DNA of 63,127 bases, counting the filler, from Cercozoa sp. M6MM (Eukaryota > Protista > Endomyxa: Ascetosporea): assembly GCA_040357565.1 (NCBI GenBank). It is 10 parts of 10 records of this genome, joined end to end, with 100 filler letters (N's around TTAATTAATTAA, not from the genome) between each part and the next. Parts side by side here need not be neighbours in the genome. Positions count along the whole stretch, not along the records: positions 35,278 to 41,264 come from JBDODJ010000813.1; positions 41,365 to 44,150 come from JBDODJ010001695.1; positions 44,251 to 50,671 come from JBDODJ010000738.1; 7 more parts are not named here. One strand, given 5' to 3'. A model generated the notes under the pieces. That model had not been told where the DNA came from. It did not search any database and was given only the letters and a program-made list of their open reading frames with translations. Both the position numbers and the translations under genes were made by a program. Below, piece by piece: positions 37,165-50,251 of this stretch. How positions within the stretch are numbered: the first letter of the stretch is position 1; every line of letters starts with the position of its first letter.

Positions 37165-40058
37165 ATGGAGGTGCCGCCTGTGCACGAGCGGACTCGTGGC
37201 CATGCCGTTTTGCTGAGTGGCCACGTCCGCGCTGGTGCAATCGACCGCGCGGATGCTCCCGAAGTGGCAGCGTTGCGCAGCGGCGACGTATTCGCGCATC
37301 CCGAATCAGTAGCGACGGCGGCAGAGGTGAGCGCTGCAGTGGCGTCCGCCTTCCGCGCGGGTGTCGGTAGTGTTTTCGGCGTGGCCGGCGTGCAAAGTGT
37401 GTGCGCCGACTTCCGCGCGGACCTGGCCGAGTTTGACGAGATGACGCAACTCAACTCCGGCACTGACGAGAGTGATCTCGACTGCGATGAGCTGGTCAGT
37501 TGTATTTTTTGTATTTTGGCCTGTCCGCGCGGAGGTAGTGTGCAGGTTGTGCACCCGCCGCAAGAGGCGGTGCGTCAGACGATCGAGCGTTCGGTGCGAC
37601 TGCTGCTGGCGGTGCGTTTTGCCCCTTTTACTCCCCTACCCCTTTGTCCCCTGTTGTTTTTAACTCCATGTGGATGTCCGCACAGGAGGATGAGAAGAAG
37701 GACGATGAGCCGGAGGAAGCGGAAGAGCCGGAAGAAGTGGAAGAGCCGGAAGGGACTACAGCCACCGGGAATGCTGCCGATTCGAACGAGAACTCGGACC
37801 AAGAGGACGAGGACGAGGACAAGGACATGGAATCGGGGGAGAAGAAGGACGACGAGTCGAAGAAAAAGAAAGCGAAATCGAAGCGGCCGCGGAGAGGTTC
37901 TTCTGCTGCTTTCTTACCCCCTTTGCCCTTTACCTCTGTACCCTTTCCCCTTCCCATTTGAAATTTAAAGCCCTTGACCATTTAAGCCCTTGATCTCGAC
38001 AATGCAGGCACGGGCAGAGGGAACCAAAAAACCGCCGTCGTTCGACTGAGACGTGCGAAACGCAAGGATGCTGGTTCATGCTGACCCCTCTGATACCCTC
38101 TTACTCATCTTACCCCCCATTGCTCCTGTTACACCCTCTGATCCCCACTTTAACCCCCCCCTTCCCCCCCCCCCCGATGCAGTGCGAATGAATCGAACAC
38201 GGCCACAAAACGAAATTCGCGCCTTGGATCGAGCCTACGTCTGCGGTACTGGCGATGCCGCCTCTAGAGGTGCCTGCTCTCTTTACTCCCCCCCTATTAC
38301 TACATGATCACCTCTGTCATTATTTCCTGCAGGAACTGACAGTGAGGGACTGCCGATACTGCCTCTGCTGAGTGCTCTCGAAAAAGAAGTGGCACAAGTC
38401 CTTCCCTTCCGTCGGTAGTGCAGGCTCATTTGTTGGTGCGTGTTGTCATTGTTGTACTCTTGTGTGATTAGATGCTTTGAATTCACAAAAGCGAAAGCCA
38501 GCTCCGAAGTTGATGTAATTACGTTGCTTATTCATTCGATGTTTACTTCTGTTTTATGTTTTTTCTTTGGGCAGAAAAAGCTGCGCAAAAGCTCATCGTC
38601 GGCGCAAATGGCGCGAATGAACGCCGAACGCAAGCAGGTGTCGCTTCCCAACAGAAGCCGAACTTGATTTCGAAAAATAATAGGGAAAATTACTGTCATT
38701 GTTAATTATGTTTGCGTTGTTGGCAGAGAGGTGGCGTGATGAACCGAGTGACGCCGTACCTGCTGCGTCAGTGGCGACAGCAACAGCTGCGACGGCTAGC
38801 ACTATCACCGCAGAAGCAGGCTCTGTTCCAATGCACTGATACTGAGGCAGACAAGGCTGTTCAGAGCGATGACACTCGAGACATTGCGATCGACCAGAGC
38901 ATTGACGACAAAGACCTCGTTTTGCATGTCGACGTTTATTCTTTGGGCACGCGTTGCAGCACCTTTGATCCCGTACCACTGTGTCAGTCTGAACCTGTTG
39001 GTTTGAATGTGTTGGTTTGAACATGTTTGGTTCAAACATGTTTGGTTCGAGCATGTTTTGTTGGTTTGGCAACACGTTTTTGTTTGGTAGTCCCGAGTGA
39101 ACGAGGCCGACATCGACCTGGCCGCGTCGTTTCTCGTGCTGTCCTCGTCGCCACTGTACCTGCTACGCGACGTGATTCCGTGTCACCACGACGATCCTGC
39201 GATCAACCCGGGTATGCGTAGTTTTTACATTTTTCCATTTATTTTTGTTCGCGTTTTTCCCTCGTTTTTTGCTTTGATGCTGTTTGTGTGCTAAGGCGCT
39301 AATCTGCGTCGGAGCGCGTGCTTTGTCATTGAGAACACGTGCTATGACGATCTGCGACTCAAAGATGTACCTAAACTCGCGTGTTGACTTACTCGTGTTT
39401 GTATGATGTTTGTGATCGGAACGAAAACTCCAGGTGCCACAATATCGCAGTTTTCGTCTGAGTGACAGCTTTGCCGGTACCAATGCTGCTGACTTTCGGG
39501 TTGTACTTCTCTTCGCTCGGAGATGAGTGCGTGTGTGTTTCCTGCAGAAGCCAAGCAGATGGAGCAAAATGACATGTCGGAAGTGACGTTTGGTCAGTTG
39601 AGTCTGTGTCTGGGACGGCACTACGCCTACTTACACCAAGGCGACTGTCAGCACGTTGTTGTGTTCCGTCATGTCCGGTACACCTTCTATGTGTTGTGTT
39701 TGCTGACTCACTACTTTCGTTGCAGTGAGCACAGCAAGGCGGATCCACTGAAGAGAACGGAATTTCCGCACCCTGTGTTCTTGCGACGCACCAAGATTGT
39801 ATACTCTACTTTACCCCCCCCCCATGTGATTGAAACTATCTCACACAGGAGAAGTGCGCATGCTGCGAGGTCTCGCCCTCCGACTGGGCGGTATACAACG
39901 ATTTGCTGAGCGAGACGTCGCCTGCCTTCTACTGCGACAAGTGTCTGCGTCGACTGCACACTAAGAGCGTCAACGAAGGCGACGGCACAACGAGGGATGT
40001 GCTCAACGTCGTCGCTGGCAATGAGGACCTCCTCATTGTGCCCTACAAGTACAGTTAA
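37165..40058 (+). CDS. SNAPC3: snRNA-activating protein complex subunit 3 (SNAP50)
   Basis: FLVLSSSPLYLLRDVIPC, FVIENTCYDDLR, MSEVTFGQLSLCLGRHYAYLHQGDCQHVVVF and zinc-binding CACC...PAFYCDKCLRRLH. Confidence 0.88.
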
Positions 40059-40129
40059 CTTAAGCTGCATGCCGATGTCGTGTCGACGTGGAGTTGCCAT
40101 AATGCAACACGCGTCAAACATGCTAAAGA

Positions 40130-40416
40130 CGAGAAACGGCGAAACTCGTATCGCACTCCTGCTTGACAGCAAAGCAACAGAGATGGATGAGATTGATGCA
40201 CAATTGAAGAAACTGACAAAGGACATGCACATCACAGTACACTGGGTACTATCACACATCGCCATTCATCTCAACGAATTAGCAGACACAGAAGCAAAGA
40301 AAGGAAGGAACAACCACAACAGGAGAAACTGGATCAAGAAACTGAAGAAGCAAATGCGAAACAGCAACAACAAAGAACCTCAACGCCTCTCATCGCCTTC
40401 GCCCTCAAACAAGTGA
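40130..40416 (+). mobile_element. Degenerate RNase HI fragment, non-LTR retrotransposon type
   Basis: IALLLDSKA...ITVHWVLSHIAIHLNELADTEAKKG matches I...DS.....WVPSH.GI.GNE.AD..AK.G. Intronless and A-rich, unlike host exons; N-terminal catalytic residues absent. Confidence 0.7.
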
Positions 40417-40569
40417 CAGTTTACGAATTCCGCCCAAAAGCCGCCGCGGGCGCGATCATGCACTTTCGATTTTTGTGTATCAGCAGTGTTGTCTGAAATC
40501 AATATAGCACGGCTGAAAAATGCTATACAGGACAGCTCTGTCCTGTAGGCTTTAATTTGAACAGATCCC

Positions 40570-41160
40570 ATGTCTTTAGAGCTTTTGCCGCGAGTGGGCG
40601 CTGCCACTGCGCGTCTGTTGAGTAAGGTATGTTTGCAATCAATCATGCCCGTCTGAACTTGTTTGGGTCAGCTTTTGTTCCAGTTGCCGCCCCGAAGTTT
40701 GCCCGGTTATGTAGATCCTGGGCGTCTCGACATGCGAGGAACTGAGCAAGATCGAAGGCATCGAGGACAAGGTGTTGCAGAGTGAGGTGTTCTCGAAAGC
40801 ACCGAAGCGAATGCAGAACATTGTGCGTCGCGTTGACCTTGCGAACCTCGCCAAGATTGCCACGGACATCGAAGCGCCTTCCAAGACTGTAAGCTACGTG
40901 ACGCATGCTGCTCTTCCTTCCCCTTTAACACGAGGCACTGTTGCTGCAGGAGGAAGGACCACCAAAGAAGAAGGCCAAGACGAGCTCCAGAAAGAAGAAG
41001 AAGAAGGCTAAGACGCCTGCTGTTGTAATTTACACACTGAAGGCAGTGTTCTCTTCAGCCCATTGTTGTCACACACACACACATGAGTGTGCGCGCACAG
41101 AAGAAGCCGCCGCCGAAAGTTCCCGAGGCAACTCCGCGAGTGGAGGCCGAGTCTGTCGAG
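40570..41160 (+). CDS. Helix-hairpin-helix domain protein with Lys-rich NLS-like segment (3' partial)
   Basis: MSLELLPRVGAATARLLSK|ILGVSTCEELSK fits the HhH pattern L..LPGVG...A..L...G..T.EEL; followed by PPKKKAK..RKKKKK. Confidence 0.55.
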
Positions 41161-41212
41161 GTGAGTCGTCCCTTGTAGAGGCATCTCGACGTGCATGTGT
41201 GTGTGTGTGTGT

Positions 41213-41264
<52 letters not shown>

Positions 41265-41364
41265 NNNNNNNNNNNNNNNNNNNNNNNNNNNNNNNNNNNN
41301 NNNNNNNNTTAATTAATTAANNNNNNNNNNNNNNNNNNNNNNNNNNNNNNNNNNNNNNNNNNNN

Positions 41365-44141
41365 GGCCGAGGACCGCGCACGTCTGCTGCAGGCGAAGAA
41401 ATTCGGTTTCTCGGACGCGCAGATCGCGGCGGCGCTGGCTGGCGAGGTGCACTTGTTGTTTTTTCTTGTTGTTTTCCGCGAACTTGTTGTTTTTGTTTCT
41501 CTTTGTTGTTGCATTATTATTGTTGTTTGTTTGTCCTACTTTTTGTTGTTTTGTTAATGATTGTCATTTTTCTTGTTCTGTGTTATTTATGTGTGGTTAA
41601 TTGTTGTTGTTTTTCCCGACAGGTGACGGAGCAGGAGGTCCGCGCGGCGCGTCTGTCGCAGCAGCCGCCGGTGCGACCGGTGATGAAGCAGATCGACACG
41701 CTGGCCGCTGGTGTGTCTTTCCCTTTACCCCCACTCCCTCAATCTTACCCTTACCCCCCCTCCAGAGTACCCGGCGCACACGAACTACTTGTACGCGACG
41801 TATCACGGCGATGAGGATGACGTGTCAGCGCAACAGGGAGGTGTGGCCGTGCTGGGCTGCGGTGCCTACCGTATCGGCAGCAGTGTCGAGTTCGACTGGT
41901 GCGGCGTCTCGGCCATGCGCGCTCTGCGACAGCAGGTAGCTGCTTTAGCCCCTACCCCTACCCACTTACCCCCCATGTAGGGTCGACGTGGTATCATGGT
42001 GAACTCCAACCCGGAAACGGTAGTTTTAGCTCTCTCCCGGGCCTTTGACCCCCTCTTACCCCCCTCCCCTCCCCAGGTGTCGAGTGACTTCGACGAGTGT
42101 GACCAACTCTACTTTGACGAATTGTCGCATGAGCGCGTATTTTTGCTCCTTCCTTATGTGCCCTCTTTATCCCTCCCCTCCCTGATGTAGGTGCTGGATG
42201 TGCTGCAACACGAGGGTTCTGATGGTAGAGTTTATCTTCCCATATTCCCACACCCACTCGCTTACCCCCCTCCGTCGGATAGGCGTACTGCTGTCGGTGG
42301 GCGGTCAGACGCCAAACAACCTCGCTCTTCCGCTGTCCCACAGTGTACTTACTTTCTAGCACATCCTTAACTATCACACCCTAAAACTATCATAACTCTT
42401 AACTTGCACTCCCCCCTTGGTTAAACAGGGTGTTCGCATTCTCGGCACGTCGGCCGAGCGCGTCGATGCTGCAGAGGATCGGTAGCTCTTTTATCCTTTT
42501 CTTTTGCCGCACTGGCTTCGCCCCTCACGTGTCTGATTCACGCAGCGACCGTTTCTCGTCGCTCGTGGACGAACTCGGTCTGCAGCAGCCGGCCTGGCAG
42601 GTGCCCTTTCGCCTGTGTTGTCTTTATAGATTGTCACAGAGAATGTCTTGCTTTTAGGCGCTGCGCTCGCGTCAGGAGGCGCTTGACTTTGCCGCCGACA
42701 TTGGTAGCTTCGCTTTTCTATTTTGTCATCGTTTCGTCTTTTTTCTCGAGTTTCGTCTTCTTTTCGCGAGTTTTCAACTGTCATAGTTTTTCCGCGTGTT
42801 CGCTTACTTGAATTGCAAACCTGAGGCAATGTATAGGCTACCCGGTGATGGTTCGGCCGTCCTACGTGCTGTCTGGTACACTGATTGTTTAGTCTGAGTT
42901 TGGTGTTTCTCTGGCTGCAACAAGGTTGTTTGCAATTGTTCTGAGGTGAAATTCATCAATTTTAGGCGCTGCGATGAACGTTGCGAACACTGAGGAACAG
43001 CTGAGCGAGTTCCTCGACATGGCTGGCGACGTCTCTGGTACAGTAGTTGTTTTGAGTTGAAGTGGATTAGTAGAATGGACGGTACAACTGGACAGGTGAT
43101 CACCCGGTGGTGGTGTCGAAGTTTATTGAAGGCGCCAAGGAGATCGAAATGGATGCTGTGGCACGCAAGGGCGAGGTGAGTGTTTTTGCACCCATGGTTG
43201 CTTTGTATTTAAGGATGCGCTCAAATAAATTGTTTCAGGTGATCGCTGCTGCCGTGCACGAGCACGTCGAACAGGCGGGTATTGTTACCCCTCCCTCCCA
43301 CTTTTCTCCCACCCATTTTACCCCTACACCCCGCTGGTAGGTGTGCATTCGGGCGACGCGACGCTCGTGCTGCCGCCGCACACTCTGTCGGACTACCAGA
43401 AGTTCCGGTAGTGTTTNNNNNNNNNNNNNNNNNNNNNNNNNNNNNNNNNNNNNNNNNNNNNNNNNNNNNNNNNNNNNNNNNNNNNNNNNNNNNNNNNNNN
43501 NNNNNNNNNNNNNNNNCCCCCCCCCCCCCCATCCGTCTCCTTCAGCCCCTGTGAGTAGTGCCGATGTCATGGTGATCGAATGCAATCTGCGCGCGTCGCG
43601 TTCTTTCCCGTTCGTGTCCAAAACCATGGTTTCACCCTTTGCCCCCCACACATTCCCACCGCTTACCTCACCCGACACGGTAGGGCGTGGACTTTATCGA
43701 AGCTGCGACGCGCGCCGTTCTGGCTGAGCAAGACGGCGATGCTGGTGCCATCTTACCCCTTGCCCCTTGCCATTTACCCCCTACCCCTTGCCCCTTGCCC
43801 TTACCCCTATATACCCCCCCCCCCCGTGGGCAGAGGCGGAAAAGGCGCTGTCGCAAATGGATCTGCCGCCGCTTTTCGACGAGAATGGACAGGAACCGGT
43901 ACATTTTTATTAAGGCTGCGTTTCTGCTTGGTTCAATTAAAGAAACGTCCGGTTTTGTAGCCGCGTCGCCCGCGCAACTTTGTCGGTGTCAAGTCGCCGA
44001 TGTTCTCGTTCTCGCGACTGGTAGTTTTTTGCACCCCTCCCCCTTTGCGTCCCTTTTACCCACCCCCGTGTCCAGATGTCATCGACGGGCGAGGTGGCTT
44101 GTTTCGGTGATTCGCGCGAGGAGGCCTTCTTGAAGGCTATG
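41365..44141 (+). CDS. Carbamoyl-phosphate synthetase large chain (internal fragment)
   Basis: [20 protein letters not shown]|[36 protein letters not shown]|VSSDFD, GGQTPNN, RPSYVLS|GAAM, HSGDAT and [16 protein letters not shown]. Confidence 0.96.
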
Positions 44142-44371
44142 GTAGTCTTTNNNNNNNNNNNNNNNNNNNNNNNNNNNNNNNNNNNNNNNNNNNNTTAATT
44201 AATTAANNNNNNNNNNNNNNNNNNNNNNNNNNNNNNNNNNNNNNNNNNNNATTGGGCTGCTAGCGGGTAGAAGGGAAGGGTACGAACTTCCATCAGGGGG
44301 GTGGAACCGGGCTGACCAAGGGGGAGAAAAGAGGGGTAAAAAGAGGGATAAAAGGAGGGAGGGGGGTAAAG

Positions 44372-46358
44372 CACCAGCGGTTCCTTGACGAGCGAGCGGC
44401 CATTGAGCAGAATGCAGTCGAAGGCGTAGAGACAGACCTGCACAGTGACATCCTCTTGCTGCACGGCCTTTTTCTTGCGCGAGGCTAGCGACTGGAACGG
44501 CAAGATATGCTCTTCCGTCCGGTCGAATGCAACCACCTGGGGAAGGAGGAGGAGGGGGTAAAGACGGTAAGGGAGGTAGGAGGGAGGGCAAACCTCGCAG
44601 TCAAGAATGCAGCTATCGACGCCGTTCTTGCAGGCGTTGGGCAAGTTCGCAATAATGTCGGGATACTTCTGCGTCATGTCCTCGGCGCTGCGAGAGAAGA
44701 TGCGAATGCTGCCATCTGGCAGGTAGTGCACCTGCGCTCGCTCGCCATCGTACTTCCACTCGAGCGTGAAGGCGCGCTGACCGAACTTTCGCAGAATCGC
44801 CGGCACACCGTTCGTCGGGTTGGCCAGCATCGCCTATCCAAAGCAACTCAACTCAAAGCAAACAAAGCAACTCAACTCAAAGAAAAGCAACTCAACTCAA
44901 AGCAAAGCAACTCAACTCACAGAAAAGCAACTCAAGTCACAGCAAAGCAACTCAAAACGCTACCTGGATCGGCACGCCAGGCGTGAGACTGCAGTGCTCT
45001 GGCAGAGCGAGCACGCCGTACTGCACCAGCGCCGGCAACACTCGGTCGTAGTTCGGCAGTTGATACAAGGCTTCAAACAGATTGACTTGCGCGCGCTTCA
45101 TCTCGCTGAAAGAAGAAACTCAACTCAAAGAAAAGCAAAGCGGCTCAACTCAATGCAAAGAACACAAAGTGTACCGAGCAAGAACAGGACTGCCCCACTT
45201 GAGCTTGCGTTGCTTTCGCGTGTCAGTGACTTGGAGTGTTCCTTCGGCGGAGCGTTTGCCCTCGGGCGGAGTCAACACGACAGCTCGAGCGAGACACGCA
45301 ATCACAGTTTTCAGCGCCAAGTTGATACGCATCTTGCCTTGCAGCGCACGTACAATGTAGCGAGCTTCGCATTCACGCGCCGACGACAGCAGGAAGCGAA
45401 TGGCATCGACCTTCTGACGCTGCGTCTTGGTGCCCTTGATGCGCGCAATAGCACGGAATTTCTCCAGAACCGCGCGAACCGACAACGGCTTTGGCCGGAA
45501 CAGCGTGCGCTGCGTCGAACGAGCTGCCTCGGCAACAATGCCCAAGTCTCCTTTTTCCTTTTGCTCCTGAGCACACCAACATTTTCGAAAACTCTCACAA
45601 ATTTAAAAAAAAACAAAAACAAAATCCGAAAATGGGGAAACAAAAACTGAAAAAACCAAAACTGAAAAAACCAGAACTGAAAAACTGGGCGCACCTTCTT
45701 GAGCGCCTTGATCGAGCGACCCGTGGCCTGCTGGAGCGCCTTTTGGATCAAGGAGTCGCCCACACCCAGCTCAACGTTCTCGTAGCTCGGCGCGAGTTGA
45801 TTCACGAGCAGATAAAACACGGCAGGCAGCTCGTGTGGCGACAAAGCCATCTTTGCAACAAAAGCATGAGGTTTCATAAACTGAAAGGGAAGAGTTGTGA
45901 AAGGCAAATACCACGCTGCGCAGGAAGTTTGCGACGGCATCGATGCGTCGCAGACGCGAGTTTTGACCCTGTGAAAGAAAACCACACGTTCAACATTTGC
46001 AACAGACAAGCATCGAGTGACAGAAAGGTACAGTGGTTTCTTCGACGAACTGGAACAAGCGGGCGAGCGAAAGGTATGGAATGTCTTGTCCTTGCTTCCA
46101 ATCGGCATCGCTGACGACGTCATATTTCTCGCCGGCGAATTCAAGTTTCGCTAGACGGATGGCCAGTTCCTCCTACCAGAAAAGCAGTCACACGATAAAA
46201 TGTGGAAGCAGCTTGCAAAAAGCAAGGCGAAAACAAGAACCTGATCGATGTTATCCCCAACGCCTGCGTCGGCAGATTCAGCTTCTTCGATATCCTCCGT
46301 CTCTTCTTCTAATTCTCCTTCTTCATTTTCTTCCTTTTCGTTCTCGTCTTCCTCTTCT

Positions 46359-46390
<32 letters not shown>

Positions 46391-46862
46391 TTCCATCGAA
46401 ATGGTTTCAGGCACGATCTCTGCAACCAAGCCTTGTGCATAGACCGTGAGCAGCATGACAGAAATCTTACCTTCTGGGACGGACTCAGAAACGTCGTGTG
46501 CGTTCAAACCGCGTCGGCGCTTGCGAGGAGGCTTCTGAATTCGATTCGCAATTAGATACGAGGGCGCGGAGAAAGATATGTTACCTTGACGTCCTCCAGC
46601 TCGTCGAGAGCATCATTGACATCGTCAGGTTCGGCGTTCTCATCCGTGGTGCTCGATGTGTTGGAGCCAAGCTCTAGCCCATCGTCGGTTGCCTTGTCCT
46701 CGCGCTCGCTCACACGGGACCTCCTGGCCTTCTTCTTTTTGGCGCTGAGCTCTACACATGCCTTCAGTTGGACCACGTGCAGCAGTAAGAAAAATGTGGT
46801 CAGAATGGCGCCACAGACCGGTCCAACTTACTGCCAGTCGACAGCCAGTTGGCCAATGACAT
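44372..46862 (-). CDS. LIG1: DNA ligase I (3' partial)
   Basis: Active site FTLEWKYDGERAQVH, IFSRSAEDMTQKYPD, ILDCE, LYAFDCILLNG; DNA-binding domain LAPSYENVELGVG, GDLGIVAE, EARYIVRALQGKMRI; acidic N-terminal extension. Confidence 0.96.
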
Positions 46863-47370
46863 CTGATCACACGCACACACACGCTAACACCAGGCACCTG
46901 TCATTCTCGCAAGGATTGGGAGACTAAATGAGCGTTGATTTTTTTAACAACAAGTCGGACAAACCGTCGCACTCGGACACAGCATCGGTCAAAAAGTTAA
47001 AAGAGTTGTCCTGGTTCATCTGCGGTAAAGACCTATCCTCGCGTGGCCTGGTTTGACGAAATATCTTGATCGGCTTGCATTGCTGCATTGTGTGGCAGTG
47101 TGGAGCAAAAATCTCTTTTCAACCTGAACCGAGTGGATCTGGGCGTGTAGCAGCGCTCCCGCCTTCACCGTGGACGTCGATAGCCTCGTGAAGTTCGTCA
47201 ATTTGGCACAGAGCTTCGTAGAGAGTGCCACAGGAATCCAGGTGCTCCAACCTTCGCAGGTTGCTCTCTCTTCCTGTTTGTGCAATGCAAGGCTTGCGCA
47301 GACCCCGGCGAACGAGGTGCTACAGAACGAGTGCATCACTCCTGAACTTAGCGAACACGAAAGCGTGTGC

Positions 47371-50251
47371 ATGGCGGAGGACGTGCCGAGCTTCCGCGTG
47401 GATGAGTCGCTTCGCGAGTATGTGCTCAAGATGCTCGCGCAGGTGCGTGGCATGAAGGCACTCGTGCTGGATGCCGACACCATGCCGGGTGTAGCTGCCA
47501 CACTCTCGCAGACTGAAGCACTCGAGCAGCGCGTTGTGCTCATCGAACGCATCGAAACTCGACTCGAAATCGACGAGCAGAACCGAGTGAAGCTCGAGGA
47601 ACAGCAAGCGAGTATCCTTCTGTTTTCGTTTTGCCCTCTTTCTTCCATCACTTTCAACTGTTCAGAGCTCAGTCCCGGTGCGCACTTTGCCGAAGAGATT
47701 GATGAACGCGATGCTACCGTCGCACATCTCGATGCTGGTATGAGTTGAGTCGAATGTGTTGAGTTTTAAGTTGCTTGAGTGCGAGGTGCTTGCTTTGCAG
47801 TGTGCCTGCTTCGTCCGACGGCGGAGAACCTGCAACTGTTGCGTCGACACCTGTCGCGACCTCCGTTCCGTCACTACCATGTCTTCTTCACCAACGTGCT
47901 GCCCAAGGGTTATCTCAACCGTCTCGCTTCTGCCGACAAGCACAGCGTCGTTCAACAGGTACTTTCTGTGCTTACTCTCGTCTGGCCTTTCCCCTTTGCC
48001 TCTTATCCCCCCCCCCCGATCTCCCAGGTTCACGAATTCTACGCCGATTTGTTGCCGATTGATTCGCGTGTGTTCTCGCTCGATATGCCAAACACGCACG
48101 CATTGCTTGACACGTCGATGTGGTACCTGCATTGTCCCTATACTCCTTCCCCTTACTTTAACCATTGTAACCCCTCCTAGGTCGCACGACCAGGTGCAAG
48201 CGCAGTTCCAACGTTCGTTGGACGCGCTTGTGGCGCTGTGCCTCGCGTCAAAGCGAAAACCAATCATTCGTTTCCAGTCGTCTTCGAGGTATTTGCCCTT
48301 GTCTTACCCTATCTTACCCTTACCCCCCCCCCCCGTACCGTAGAATATGCCGTCGTTTGGCCGAAGAATTAACGGACCTGATGCAGTCGGAATCGGCACT
48401 GTTTGCGATGCGAAACTACTCGCGTCGTGCCGAGCTTTTGATTGTATTTACTCTCATTTCTTAAAGGCTGACGGTTTGTTGTATTTGTCTGTTTGGTGCA
48501 GATGGACCGTCGAGAAGACCCGGTGACGCCGCTGTTGACGCAGTGGACCTACCAGGCCATGGTGCACGAACTGCTCGGCATGTCGCATCAGCGCGTCGAT
48601 CTGTCGCACTGCAAGGACGCCAAAATGGTAGTTGTTGCTTTATCCCCTTACCCCCCCCCCCCGTGCGCTTTAACCCCTTACCTCTTCAACAGAAGGAAGT
48701 TGTGCTACCGGTGAGATCGTCAGAAGACGCGTTTTTCGCGCGTGCTCGACACTTGGATTTCGGCGAGATTGGCGCGCGCGTCAAGGACCTCGTGCAGGTG
48801 CCTTTATGCATTCTTACTCCCCTCCCTTGCGTTTTTTTAACCCCTTTGTCCTGTAGGAGTGCGCACAACGACGTCAGCAGCACCAGTCGATTGAAAGTAT
48901 TGAAGACATTCAAGCCTTTGTCGATGTAAGCTTCCTTTTAACCCTTACTGTGTTATTTACCCTCCCTCCCCCGCCTCAGGACTACCCGCAACTGATGGCG
49001 CACAACAACACTGTGTCGAAACATGTCGCACTCACGAGCGAATTGTCGAAACAAGTTCGTCGACGACAGCTGTTGCGGCAGTCGGAGCTGTACTCTTACC
49101 CCCATATACCTTTACTCTTTAGCCTATCCTTAACTTGCCAATACCCCCTTCCCCAGGGAGCAACAACTGGCGTGTGGCCACGTGCGCATCGATCGCAACA
49201 CTGCCCTGCGTGCCGTCAAGGATATTGTGCTCACGCGACCGGACTGTTCGTCTCTCACGCGTGCGGAACAGGTGAGAATGCTACCCCTTACCCCCCCCCC
49301 CCCCGTTACCCTCGTGCAAGTAGGAGCATCTGCGAGTGCGTTCATTCGAGGACAAGCTGCGTCTGGTGCTGCTATTCGCCTTGCGCTTCGAGCAGCAGGC
49401 GAAGCACGACGATCTGCCGACATTGCGTGCCTACCTGCGTGATGAGGCTGGTATTGGCTCCCTTAACAAACTAGTGCTGTATTGGACACGGAAATGTACA
49501 GGCGATGACGAAACGCTGCGTCGGCGCGTTGATGCTGTCGATGCCTTGCTGCGCTTCGCCGGACGAAACGCACGAAGAGGCGATCTTTTCGGGCACGAGA
49601 AGTCGATGCTGCGCAAGCTGGGCACCTCGCTCAAGCGTGGCATTCGAGGTACGCCATGTTAAGACTCCGGATTTCTTTGGAACAGCCAAGTGAGTGTCAT
49701 ACGATTTAAAAGGTGTCGAGAACGTGTTCACTGAGCACAAGCCGCTGCTGGCTCGGACTGTCGAGGAAGCCATGCAGGGTATACTCTTCTCCCCCTTTTA
49801 CCCCTCCCCCTACACTTGGTACACAGGCGCACTGTCGACGGACGAGTTCCCCTGCCAGTCAGGTACAGTGTTTGAGTGTTTTGTCCCCTTCAGTTGGTTT
49901 ACGATAGAATGCGTTCACATAGGTAAGGTGCCTCAGTCGGCGCCAGGCCAGCTGTTTGTCTTCATGGTCGGTGGCACTTGCTTCGAGGAGGTATACTGTT
50001 CCCCTATGTTACCCTGTTCTTTGGTTTACACACTTGTTGACAGGCTGAAGCAGTGAACACACTGACGCAACAGTTAGCGCAAACTGAAGTGATTCTGGGC
50101 GGCACACACTTGCACAACTCGCGCTCCTTTGTCGACGATCTCATCGTACTTCCTGCCTCTCTTGCAGTTGGCCAGAGACCCTATCTCCCTCCCTCTGCAG
50201 GCCTACAGCGCTGCTTCGGCGCCGGCGCTTGACATTCGCGTGCATCACTAA
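47371..50251 (+). CDS. VPS45: Sec1/Munc18 family protein VPS45
   Basis: GMKALVLDADT, LLRPTAENL, QVHEFYAD, DRREDPVTPLLTQWTYQAMVHELLG, VSKHVAL, GVENVFTEHKPLL, FMVGGTCFEE and LGGTHLHNS. Confidence 0.93.
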
